From Candidatus Parcubacteria bacterium (GTDB taxonomy: Bacteria; Patescibacteriota; Patescibacteriia; CAIXNZ01), in assembly GCA_026395675.1 (NCBI GenBank), contig JAPLYF010000084.1, positions 1-45,239 of the forward strand: DNA of 45,239 nt, given 5' to 3'. Below are positions 20,041 through 28,092 of this stretch, in pieces. Position 1 is the stretch's first letter. The number at the start of each line of letters is the position of its first letter. The notes beneath the pieces were generated by a model. The model was not told the origin of the DNA, did no database searches, and worked only from the letters and a program-made list of their open reading frames with translations. Both the position numbers and the translations under genes were made by a program.

Positions 20041-20220
20041 ATGTCAAGAACTTGTGAAATCTGCGGCCGCGGACCAATGACAGGCGCTAGCCGTAGTCAC
20101 TCCAATATAAAAACATTAAAAAGAAAATTTATAAACCTGCAAACCAAAAAGATTGATGGCAAGAAAATTAGAATTTGCACGAGTTGCTTAAAAACAAGGG
20201 TCAAAGCAGACCATACTTAA
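20041..20220 (+). CDS. rpmB: 50S ribosomal protein L28
   Basis: MSRTCEICG..SRSHSNIKT.R..NLQ..ICTSCLK; start moved to ATG 20041. Confidence 0.93.
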   Translation: MSRTCEICGRGPMTGASRSHSNIKTLKRKFINLQTKKIDGKKIRICTSCLKTRVKADHT

Positions 20221-20295
20221 ATTCGCCTGATATTGAATTTACCATTATTATTAAAATAATATTCAGCAGCTTAATAATTATTAACTTCATACACT

Positions 20296-20448
20296 ATGGC
20301 CGATGTTCAAGCCTACTGCGTCAAATGTAAAGCTAAAAAAACGATGAAAGATGCTAAGGAAATCAAAATGAAAAATGGCAGACCAGCTGTAACAGGAACA
20401 TGTCCTGTCTGCGGTACCAAAATGTTTAGAATCGGCGCAGCCAAATAA
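20296..20448 (+). CDS. Small zinc-ribbon protein (DUF5679-like), 50 aa, not in ORF track
   Basis: MADVQAYCVKCKAKKTMKDAKEIKMKNGRPAVTGTCPVCGTKMFRIGAAK; terminator follows. Confidence 0.85.
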   Translation: MADVQAYCVKCKAKKTMKDAKEIKMKNGRPAVTGTCPVCGTKMFRIGAAK

Positions 20449-20462
20449 ATGTTCTCTTATCC

Positions 20463-20493
20463 AAAAAACGCTCAATTTTGAGGGCGTTTTTTT
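20463..20493 (+). terminator. Intrinsic terminator
   Basis: AAAAAACGCTC..GGGCGTTTTTTT. Confidence 0.6.
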
Positions 20494-20546
20494 GGTTGAT
20501 AAAATCAAAATTTTAATCTAAACTATATATAAGATTTTAAAATCAA

Positions 20547-20585
20547 CGGGCTATAGCGCCCGCCGTCGCTAAAGCTATGGCGGGC
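20547..20585 (+). pseudogene. tRNA-Pro 5' fragment running into a palindromic element
   Basis: CGGGCTATAGCGC (12/13 match to the tRNA start at 20657) then GCCCGCC-GTC-GCT-AA-AGC-TAT-GGCGGGC. Confidence 0.55.
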
Positions 20586-20656
20586 AGGCAGCAAGAAGGC
20601 TAACTATACACGACGATAGCCAACTGCGGCTCGAATTTAAAAAATTTAATAATTTA

Positions 20657-20730
20657 CGGGCTGTAGCGCAGTTGGCTAGCGCGCATGCATGGGGTGCATG
20701 AGGTCGCGGGTTCAAGTCCCGCCAGCCCGA
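20657..20730 (+). tRNA. tRNA-Pro(GGG)
   Basis: Full cloverleaf: CGGGCTG/CAGCCCG, anticodon arm CATGC-ATGGGGT-GCATG, T arm GCGGG-TTCAAGT-CCCGC; no encoded CCA. Confidence 0.95.
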
Positions 20731-20743
20731 CAATGATAAAAAC

Positions 20744-20796
20744 GAGTTTCCGCCAAAGGCGGATCCGCCACTGGCGGACAAATCCCACCGCCCCGA
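20744..20796 (+). pseudogene. tRNA-Pro-like 3' fragment with a 30-bp double hairpin (20749-20778) inserted in the T loop
   Basis: GTT|TCCGCCAAAGGCGGATCCGCCACTGGCGGA|CAAATCCCACCGCCCCGA. Confidence 0.65.
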
Positions 20797-20861
20797 ATAA
20801 CATTAAAAGTCCAATATTCGGACTTTTAAAATTGCTTAAAAAATGTTAAAATTTAATAAAT

Positions 20862-22976
20862 ATGAATTTTATTGATATCTTAATTCAAATTTTAACCAAA
20901 CTGCAAAATTTCAGCTATTTGCTGGTTTTTTTAATTTCCTTTTTGGAATCTCTGGCTTTTGTCGGCATTTTTATCCCCGGGACAATTTTTAATATTTTCA
21001 TGGGCTTTTTAGCTGGCAAAGGCATGTTTGACATTGGTGATTTGATCTGGTTTGCGGTTTTGGGCGCAATTTTAGGAGATGGCTTGAGTTTTTATTTGGG
21101 CAAAAAAGCTAATAAAATTTTCCGTCCAGAAAATAGAATTTTCAAATCTAATTATTTAGTCAAAGGCGAAAAATTTTTTAAAAAACATGGCAATAAAAGC
21201 ATTTTTGTAGGAAGATTTATTGGCCCCATTCGTCCCATTATCCCCTTTGTTGCTGGTATTTTTAAAATGGAGACTAAACGATTTATTTTTTGGAATGTAT
21301 TAAGCGCCTTTGCCTGGGCTGCTTTCTATTTATTTTTAGGCTACTTTTTCGGTCAGGCTTGGCAAATTATTGCTGCCTATTCAAGCCGCGCCAGCATATT
21401 TTTGATCGCTTTGGCCATTTTTCTTGTTCTGTATTATCTCCTCAAAGAATTAATTTTAAAAGAAGGCAAAAGATTTCTTTTATTTTTAAAATCAATTTTA
21501 ATTTCAATCATCCAGGCAATCACTAAAAATACTGAAATTATAAATCTGATTAAAAATCATCCGCTAATTTTTGGGTTTTTACAGCATCGCTTGGATAAAA
21601 AAAATTTTTCTGGCTTACCGCTGACACTTTTTACTCTGGCTTTTCTTTATATAATATTTCTGTTTCTAGATATAATCAGAGCAGTTATTAAAAGCGCTCC
21701 TATTACAGCTGCTGACATCCGCCTAGAAAATCTGCTCTATGTTTTTCGCCAAGCCCGTTTGGCCAGAGTTTTTACCTGGATTACAATTTTGGGCGAATGG
21801 GAATTTTGCCTCAGTTTAATTTTCCTCATTTCCTTACTTTTTTGGCTCTGGCATAAGAAAAACTACATCTTGCCTTTTTGGGTGACGCTCGCTGGCACTG
21901 AAATTTTTGTTTTTTTGGGCAAGCTAGCTTTAAATCGGCCCAGGCCTGAAGATGTTGCTCTCTATCTGGAAAAATCCGCTTCCTTCCCCAGCGGCCATGC
22001 TGCTCTAGCCATGGCCTTGTATGGTTTTTTAATTTATTTTGCCTGGCGCCATCTAAAAAGCTGGCCAAACAAACTTAATGCATTATTTGCTGGTATTTTA
22101 ATTATAATCGTTATTGGATTTAGCCGGCTCTATCTCGGACTTCATTATCTGAGTGATATTTTGGGCGGCTATTTATTGGCCTTATTATGGCTTATTATCG
22201 GAATAAATCTAATCGAATGGCCAAGTTTTAAAAAGGAAAAAACCCCAGGTCGAGAAGCTACAAATAAACTTAAGCTAATAACTATTTCTTTGATTATTTT
22301 AGAGGTCTTATTTTATGTCGGGTTTGCTTATCACTTTAAGCCCGAAGTTATTATTCTTGAAGAAGAACATGAAATCAAAATAATTAAATCGGAACCAATA
22401 AAAATTTTCAGTGACTATAAACTCGCTCAATATTCTGAAACAATTGATGGGACTAAACAAGAGCCAATCAGCTTTTTAATTGTGGCTCAAAACGACAATG
22501 AATTAATTAATACCTTTCAAAAAGCCGGCTGGATTTTAGCCGAACCTGCTAATTTAAATACCTTAACTGAAATTGCAAAGTCAGCAATTTTAAATCAAAG
22601 TTATGATAGCGCCCCTATGACACCCTCATTTTGGAATGCCAATATTCATGATTTTGGTTTTGAAAAACCTACTGCCAATAATACAGTCAGACAAAGGCAT
22701 CACACCAGATTCTGGCGAACTGATTATAAAACCAGTGAGGGAAAAAATATTTATGTGGGTACTGCAAGCTTGGATATTGGCATAAAATGGCTAGTTATTC
22801 ACACTATCAAACCAGACATAGATACGGAAAGAGAATTTCTTTTTACTGACCTCCAAAAATCAGATTTAATTAATAATTATTCCAAAGAACAGTTTGTTGA
22901 ACCACTTTTGGGTAAAAATTTTACCGGGGACCAATTCTTTACTGACGGTCAAATCTATATTATTATTTTAAAATAA
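20862..22976 (+). CDS. DedA/VTT + PAP2 phosphatase + LssY-like C-terminal domain fusion
   Basis: FLESLAFVGIFIPG, GRFIGPIR; RPRP, SFPSGH, SRLYLGLHYLSD; EPISF, RHHTRFW. Confidence 0.88.
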   Translation: MNFIDILIQILTKLQNFSYLLVFLISFLESLAFVGIFIPGTIFNIFMGFLAGKGMFDIGDLIWFAVLGAILGDGLSFYLGKKANKIFRPENRIFKSNYLVKGEKFFKKHGNKSIFVGRFIGPIRPIIPFVAGIFKMETKRFIFWNVLSAFAWAAFYLFLGYFFGQAWQIIAAYSSRASIFLIALAIFLVLYYLLKELILKEGKRFLLFLKSILISIIQAITKNTEIINLIKNHPLIFGFLQHRLDKKNFSGLPLTLFTLAFLYIIFLFLDIIRAVIKSAPITAADIRLENLLYVFRQARLARVFTWITILGEWEFCLSLIFLISLLFWLWHKKNYILPFWVTLAGTEIFVFLGKLALNRPRPEDVALYLEKSASFPSGHAALAMALYGFLIYFAWRHLKSWPNKLNALFAGILIIIVIGFSRLYLGLHYLSDILGGYLLALLWLIIGINLIEWPSFKKEKTPGREATNKLKLITISLIILEVLFYVGFAYHFKPEVIILEEEHEIKIIKSEPIKIFSDYKLAQYSETIDGTKQEPISFLIVAQNDNELINTFQKAGWILAEPANLNTLTEIAKSAILNQSYDSAPMTPSFWNANIHDFGFEKPTANNTVRQRHHTRFWRTDYKTSEGKNIYVGTASLDIGIKWLVIHTIKPDIDTEREFLFTDLQKSDLINNYSKEQFVEPLLGKNFTGDQFFTDGQIYIIILK

Positions 22977-22979
22977 TTT

Positions 22980-25403
22980 ATGGCCCAAGATTTTAAAAGC
23001 GGGCTGACTGAAAATGAGGCCCAAAAAAGATTAGAACAATTTGGCTTAAATAAAATTATCATTCCCAAAGAAATTAGCTTCTGGTCAATTACCAAAGAAG
23101 AAATCGCAGAGCCAATGATCTTGCTCTTGCTGGTCATTGGCTTTTTTTATACGCTCTGGGGCAAATTAGAAGATGCCCTGACTATTTTTGTGGTTATTTT
23201 GCTTTTGGTTTTTGTTGAGGTCTGGAATGAATACCGAGCCAAAAAAGCTATTGCCTCCCTGTCAAAAATCTCTGCGCCTAAAACCAAAGTTTTGCGTGAT
23301 AATGAAATTAAAGAAATTAATACCGAAGAAGTTGTGCCTGGCGATATTTTAATTCTAATTCCAGGGACGCGTGTTGCCGCTGACTGCAAAATTTCTCTTT
23401 CTTACAGTCTGCAATTTGACGAATCCTCGCTGACTGGTGAATCTTTTCCCGTAGAGAAAAAAGTCAATGACGAAATTTTTGCTGGCACCTTAGCCGTGGC
23501 TGGCGAAGGCCAGGCTGAAGTTTTTGCCACTGGCAAAGAAACTAAAATGGGGAAAATTTCAGAGCTCTCGAGAGAGATTAAAGAGCCGAAAACAGCCCTG
23601 CAATTAGCCATGAAGGATTTAACAAAAAAACTTGTCTGGGCAGCTCTCTTTATTTCAGCCTTAATTCCTTTAATTGGAATATTACGAGGACAAGAATATA
23701 AGCAAATGGTTTTAATTGGTTTGGCTCTGGCTTTTGCCATTATCCCCGAAGAATTCCCCATTATCATTACCATGATTTTAGGTTTGGGCTCTTATAAACT
23801 TTCCAAACAAAATTTCCTGATTAAAAAGCTTAAAGCCGCGGAAGTTTTAGGCGATGCCACTGTGATTGTTACTGATAAAACTGGCACCATCACTGAAAAT
23901 ATTATGAAGGCTGTTTCTTTTTTTCCCCAAGGCCAAGAAAAGGAAATTTTAAAAGCAGCCATCTCTGCCACTACGGCTTTGTCTTTAACCCCGACAGATA
24001 AAGCAGTCATTAGCCGGGCCAACGAACTTAAGATTGGCAATAATTTTGGCCAAATTATCAGTGAAAGAAATTTTGGTGGCGATCGAAAAACAAAATCACT
24101 TTTACGCGAACAAGAGGGCCAGTTAATGCTCTCTATAAGCGGCGCGCCTGAAGAAGTTTTGGCAATTTGCCAGGGTGAAAAATCCCAGATTGAAATGGCG
24201 TTAAATCAAGAGACAAAAAACGGACGCCGAGTTATTGCAGTAGCCCAAAAGATTATTTCAGCTGCCAATAAAAATACGCCAATAGCTGATTTGGAAAAAC
24301 ATCTTGATTTTATCGGCTTGATTGCTTTGGAAGATCCACCCAGAAAAGGGGTCAAAGAAACTATTGCCCAAGCTACTAAAGCAGGCATCAGAACTATTAT
24401 GGTCACTGGCGATCATCCGCTCACAGCGGCCTTCATTGCTAAAAGCGTAGGCATAAACGCGGCCAAAGTTTTAACCGGAGCAGAACTTGATAAATTATCA
24501 GAGGAACAACTCAAGGAAACAGTAAAAAATGTCAATGTCTATGCCCGCGCTCTCCCAGAACACAAATACCGCCTGGTCCAGGCCTTACATGCTAATAAAG
24601 AAATTGTGGCTGTGACAGGTGATGGAGTAAATGATGCCTTGGCTTTGGAAGCAGCAGACATTGGCATTGCCATGGGCATTAAAGGCACTGATGCGGCCAA
24701 GGAAGCGGCTGACGCAGTTTTGGCTGATGATAACTTTATCACTATCTCCCGCGCTATTTTTGAAGGCAGAAAATTTTATGATAATTTAAGCAAAAGTTTG
24801 AAATATTATTTAGGCGTCAAAGTTGCTTTAATCTCTTCATTATTATTGCCAGTAATTTTTAATCTGCCGTTGCCTTTTGCGCCCATTCAAATTATTATTC
24901 TAGAATTATTCATGGATCTGGCTGCTTCTGCCGGCTTTGTGGCTGAACCTGCTGAGAAAAATATTTATACTAGGCCACCGCGCGATCCCAGACAAAAATT
25001 ATTTAATAAAAAATTAATTATGACGATTTTTATCTATGGTTTTACTTTATTTGCCGCTGTCATGGCTGCTTATTTTTATGCTAAAAGCCAGGGCTATAAT
25101 GTTATCGAAATCCAAACTTTTGCTTTCACTGCCTGGATAATAGGCCATATAATTCTGGCTTATGTTTCCCGTTCAGATAAAGTGCCTCTTTATAAACTCA
25201 AGGTATTCTCCAATAAAACCATGAATCTCTGGCTTGGGGCTGTAATTATTTTTCTCTTTTTGGCGCTAGCTATTCCGAGAATAAATTTTGAACTAAAACT
25301 CGCGCCCATTTCTTTCAGCCACTTTATTCTAATTTTTATTTTTAGTTTAATAATAATCGGCTGGCTGGAAATCAGGAAATTATTTTATAAACCAACTACT
25401 TAA
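22980..25403 (+). CDS. Cation-transporting P-type ATPase (type IIA-like)
   Basis: LTGES, IPEE, DKTGT, TGDH, TGDGVND. Confidence 0.95.
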   Translation: MAQDFKSGLTENEAQKRLEQFGLNKIIIPKEISFWSITKEEIAEPMILLLLVIGFFYTLWGKLEDALTIFVVILLLVFVEVWNEYRAKKAIASLSKISAPKTKVLRDNEIKEINTEEVVPGDILILIPGTRVAADCKISLSYSLQFDESSLTGESFPVEKKVNDEIFAGTLAVAGEGQAEVFATGKETKMGKISELSREIKEPKTALQLAMKDLTKKLVWAALFISALIPLIGILRGQEYKQMVLIGLALAFAIIPEEFPIIITMILGLGSYKLSKQNFLIKKLKAAEVLGDATVIVTDKTGTITENIMKAVSFFPQGQEKEILKAAISATTALSLTPTDKAVISRANELKIGNNFGQIISERNFGGDRKTKSLLREQEGQLMLSISGAPEEVLAICQGEKSQIEMALNQETKNGRRVIAVAQKIISAANKNTPIADLEKHLDFIGLIALEDPPRKGVKETIAQATKAGIRTIMVTGDHPLTAAFIAKSVGINAAKVLTGAELDKLSEEQLKETVKNVNVYARALPEHKYRLVQALHANKEIVAVTGDGVNDALALEAADIGIAMGIKGTDAAKEAADAVLADDNFITISRAIFEGRKFYDNLSKSLKYYLGVKVALISSLLLPVIFNLPLPFAPIQIIILELFMDLAASAGFVAEPAEKNIYTRPPRDPRQKLFNKKLIMTIFIYGFTLFAAVMAAYFYAKSQGYNVIEIQTFAFTAWIIGHIILAYVSRSDKVPLYKLKVFSNKTMNLWLGAVIIFLFLALAIPRINFELKLAPISFSHFILIFIFSLIIIGWLEIRKLFYKPTT

Positions 25404-25423
25404 CAACTTACTACAAAACAACA

Positions 25424-25780
25424 ATGGAAAAATTTAGGTTTTTAAAATGGCCAGTTTATAAAGATGCTAAAAAAATATTTGGTCTAATTTTGGAAACAGT
25501 TGAAAAATTCCCTAATCATATAAGATTCAGTATTGGCCAACAATTGATAAGAGCAGCTTTTTCAATAATTTTAAACATCGCCGAAGGTAGCGGCAGGAAA
25601 ACAGACAAAGAATTGAAAAGATATTTTGACATATCCCTTGGTTCGTGTTATGAATTATTAGCCTGTGCCGATACCTTGTCAGAACAAAATTTTATATCAC
25701 AAGAACTTTTTGAAAAAATCTATGTTTCAATTGATGAAATAACCAATCAACTCGGCGGTTTTAAAAAATCCATAAAATAG
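25424..25780 (+). CDS. Four-helix-bundle protein (23S rRNA IVP / TIGR02436-like)
   Basis: QLIRAAFSIILNIAEGSGR..F.ISLGSCYE. Confidence 0.9.
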   Translation: MEKFRFLKWPVYKDAKKIFGLILETVEKFPNHIRFSIGQQLIRAAFSIILNIAEGSGRKTDKELKRYFDISLGSCYELLACADTLSEQNFISQELFEKIYVSIDEITNQLGGFKKSIK

Positions 25781-25808
25781 TTGTAGAGTTGTGGAGTTGT
25801 AAAGTTGT
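25779..25808 (+). repeat. Four 8-bp-period AGTTGT repeats, inverse to CAACT repeats at about 25393-25420
   Basis: agttgtag agttgtgg agttgtaa agttgt. Confidence 0.65.
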
Positions 25809-25813
25809 TTCAG

Positions 25814-25861
25814 CGGGGTATAGCGAAGTGGTATCGCGGTCCGACGTACGTCGGACAGATC
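25814..25861 (+). pseudogene. 5' part of a tRNA-Pro-like scaffold whose anticodon arm is an 18-bp perfect palindrome
   Basis: CGGGGTA TA GCGA AGTGGTA TCGC G GTCCGACGTACGTCGGAC AGATC. Confidence 0.7.
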
Positions 25862-25885
25862 GGCGGGTTTAAATAAATTAATTGT

Positions 25886-26164
25886 ATGGAACAGGGATTT
25901 GTATACATTATACAAAGTCAAACATCAAACAATTATTATACTGGCTCAAGTGAAAATCCTACCAAAAGACTTTCCGAACATAATCGGGGAAAAGTAAAAT
26001 CCACCAGGAATAAAGGTCCCTGGATTTTAAAATTCACACAAGGTTTTCCTACCATAAAAGAGGCTAAGCAAATTGAATACATGATTAAGAAACTGAAAAG
26101 AAGGGATTATCTAGAAAGAATTATTCAAGATGGATATATTAAGATGAAAATAAACGGGCTGTAG
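25886..26164 (+). CDS. Small stand-alone GIY-YIG nuclease
   Basis: FVYII..YYTGSS..RL.EHN.G..ST..GPW..EA..E; stop codon lies inside the tRNA. Confidence 0.9.
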   Translation: MEQGFVYIIQSQTSNNYYTGSSENPTKRLSEHNRGKVKSTRNKGPWILKFTQGFPTIKEAKQIEYMIKKLKRRDYLERIIQDGYIKMKINGL

Positions 26165-26228
26165 CGAAGCTGGCTATCGCGCCACGTTCGGGACGTGGAG
26201 ACCGGCGGTTCAAATCCGCCCAGCCCGA
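26155..26228 (+). tRNA. tRNA-Pro(CGG)
   Basis: CGGGCTG/CAGCCCG, anticodon arm CCACG-TTCGGGA-CGTGG, T arm GGCGG-TTCAAAT-CCGCC. Confidence 0.95.
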
Positions 26229-26232
26229 CCCA

Positions 26233-26287
26233 TAGCGCGGTCCGACGGACGTCGGACAGATCCCGAGTTCGAATCTCGGTACCCCGA
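26233..26287 (+). pseudogene. 3' part of the tRNA-Pro-like scaffold begun at 25814
   Basis: TAGCGCG GTCCGACGGACGTCGGAC AGATC CCGAG-TTCGAAT-CTCGG TACCCCG A; acceptor complements CGGGGTA. Confidence 0.7.
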
Positions 26288-26307
26288 AAACTTACCAAAG
26301 CTGTTTG

Positions 26308-26363
26308 GCGCGCCCCGATGAACGTCGGGGAGGTCGCCCCGCAGTGCGTGGCCAGCCCGACCA
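26308..26363 (+). pseudogene. tRNA-Pro(GGG)-like 3' fragment with both anticodon and T arms replaced by palindromes
   Basis: GCGCG CCCCGATGAACGTCGGGG AGGTC GCCCCGCAGTGCGTGGC CAGCCCG ACCA. Confidence 0.6.
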
Positions 26364-26486
26364 AGTTAAAATTCTCAAAATTAAATACTAACATTGACAA
26401 AATGATTTTTCTTTGCTAAGTTAATAATCAAACCTTGTCCTTTTTAAACCCCAAGCAAAACCGCACTAAAAGGAGGAAAAGAACGT

Positions 26487-27224
26487 ATGTTTGTGAAGGC
26501 GTTTTGCAAAATTTCCCTGTTTTCTCTGGCGATTTTGTTTTTCTTAACCAACAAAGCCCAAAGCCAAGAAAATCAGGGCCTTTATGGTGAAACCCTTTGC
26601 AACGACCCTGATTTCCACTGCCTTACTGTCACAGCAGTTACCGCAGAAAAGGAAATCAAAACTAAAAGAGGCCTTAAAAAAATTGGGGTCTTAATGCCGC
26701 AAACCTGGCTAGAACTCTGGCCTGATGAGAATGAACGGGAAATCATCATGAAAATCAACCGGCTCAATATCAAGCTCAAAGTCGGAATGACTATTGCTGT
26801 GCCAAATGATTTAACTGCTAAAACCCTGCTGGATTTTTCTCCTTATGAGAAAAAAATTGATGCCCCCAATAAAAAACTATTGATTTTCGATCCGAATTTG
26901 CTGGCCTGGGCAGCTTATGATGCTGAAGGTAAGCTGGTGCGCTGGGGACCAGCTGTCGGCGGGAAAAAAGGCAAATTGACTGTGGTCGGCAATTTTCACA
27001 TTATTAAAAAATCAGGCCCTAAATGCCGCTCGGGTAAATATAATGCGCCCATGCCTTGGGCCATGTTTTTCCACCCGGCTGGCTATGCTTTCCATGGCTC
27101 GCCCAACGTGCCTGGCCAAAATGCCAGCCATGGCTGTGTCCGCCTTTTCAATGATGATGCCGAGTGGCTCAATAAAAATTTCGTGGAAATTGGGACAAAA
27201 GTAATTATCAATCCCTATGAATAA
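26487..27224 (+). CDS. L,D-transpeptidase (YkuD family) with signal peptide
   Basis: APMPWAMFF..GYAFHG..ASHGCVRL; AGGAGG SD. Confidence 0.9.
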   Translation: MFVKAFCKISLFSLAILFFLTNKAQSQENQGLYGETLCNDPDFHCLTVTAVTAEKEIKTKRGLKKIGVLMPQTWLELWPDENEREIIMKINRLNIKLKVGMTIAVPNDLTAKTLLDFSPYEKKIDAPNKKLLIFDPNLLAWAAYDAEGKLVRWGPAVGGKKGKLTVVGNFHIIKKSGPKCRSGKYNAPMPWAMFFHPAGYAFHGSPNVPGQNASHGCVRLFNDDAEWLNKNFVEIGTKVIINPYE

Positions 27225-27237
27225 AAAAATAAATAGA

Positions 27238-27266
27238 CCCCATACCAATTACGGTATGGGGCTTTT
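27238..27266. terminator. Terminator between convergent genes
   Basis: CCCCATACC..GGTATGGGG followed by CTTTT. Confidence 0.65.
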
Positions 27267-27278
27267 AAATTATCTGGC

Positions 27279-27536
27279 CTATTTATTTTTTTTTACCAGT
27301 TTTAAATTAGGGCCATCCCTTACTAATACAAAAAATTCTCCTCTGAAGCTGACGCACTCAACTTCTTCCATTAAAGCCTCGCCTACGCTTTTGTTCGTAA
27401 AAGCAGGCAAGGTATCATAAATTAATGTATTCATGGCTGCTCTTAAGGCCTCAGCCAATAATGTAGCCAACTTTTCATTTTTAAATTTAATCTCTCTAAT
27501 TGCTTTAGGCCAGTTATCATCTAACTCCATGATCAT
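27279..27536 (-). CDS. Hypothetical protein
   Basis: 85-aa ORF, GGAGG SD 6 nt upstream. Confidence 0.55.
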   Translation of the reverse strand: MIMELDDNWPKAIREIKFKNEKLATLLAEALRAAMNTLIYDTLPAFTNKSVGEALMEEVECVSFRGEFFVLVRDGPNLKLVKKNK

Positions 27537-27629
27537 TTTCCACCTCCATCGGCACTTCGTGCCTTATTGCTGGTTTGAACTTAACAAAACTAGCAGAAAC
27601 AGTCAACCTCGTCGCATGACAGGTCAATT

Positions 27630-27665
27630 AAAAAACCGCTCCCCGCAACGCGGGGAACGGTTTTT
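27630..27665. terminator. Bidirectional terminator-like hairpin
   Basis: AAAAACCGCTCCCCGC-AAC-GCGGGGAACGGTTTTT. Confidence 0.65.
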
Positions 27666-27675
27666 ATAATTTATT

Positions 27676-27795
27676 TTATCTCGTTGCCTGGATTGTTTCT
27701 CTAAGTTCAGCGCTCGGGGCAGTGACCGTAACCCTACCATTGGCTTGCGAAATAAAATAGCCAGCACCATTGGTTGCCTTAAGCGCAGCCTTTAG
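27676..27795 (-). pseudogene. Probable C-terminal remnant of a CPR-type pilin gene
   Basis: Startless frame LKAALKATNGAGYFISQANGRVTVTAPSAELRETIQATR*, recalled as resembling CPR pilin C-termini; in-frame stop upstream. Confidence 0.45.
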
Positions 27796-27866
27796 CTACG
27801 CCCCGCTCAAAAAGAACTGAATTTAAAAGACCGCCATTTTAGTAGCGGCCGCATATTTAAAATTTT

Positions 27867-27986
27867 TTAAGATAAATTAAAATATTTGGCCGCTAGCTCA
27901 TAAACTAATACCAAAATAGCAACTAAAATAAAAATATTAGCGGCAGAAATTTTATAATTAGATTTTGTCTGATTGATTAAATTCAT
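27867..27986 (-). CDS. 39-aa Ile/Val/Leu-rich putative leader peptide
   Basis: MNLINQTKSNYKISAANIFILVAILVLVYELAAKYFNLS; promoter 27996-28024; overlapping alternative hairpins. Confidence 0.45.
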   Translation of the reverse strand: MNLINQTKSNYKISAANIFILVAILVLVYELAAKYFNLS

Positions 27987-28092
27987 ATGAAATAAAGTTT
28001 AAACTATAGATAAAATTTTGTCAAGTCTTTTAGGCAAAATAAGCCAAAATTACAGCCCCGCCTTTTCTTTAGAAAGGGCGGGGCTGATCGCC

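Noticed and set aside
20575..20781. 68-aa ORF (likewise ORFs 26125-26400, 26195-26419, 25727-25921)
   Set aside because: Translations across tRNA genes and palindromes.
25862..26232. Group I intron with homing endonuclease in a tRNA anticodon loop
   Set aside because: The interval is almost fully occupied by the ORF and an intact tRNA, leaving no room for a ribozyme core, and joined halves would lack a valid anticodon loop.
27700..27820. tRNA-like or structured ncRNA on the minus strand (CGGGGCGTAGC..GCCCCG)
   Set aside because: No T arm or cloverleaf; better explained as a coding remnant.
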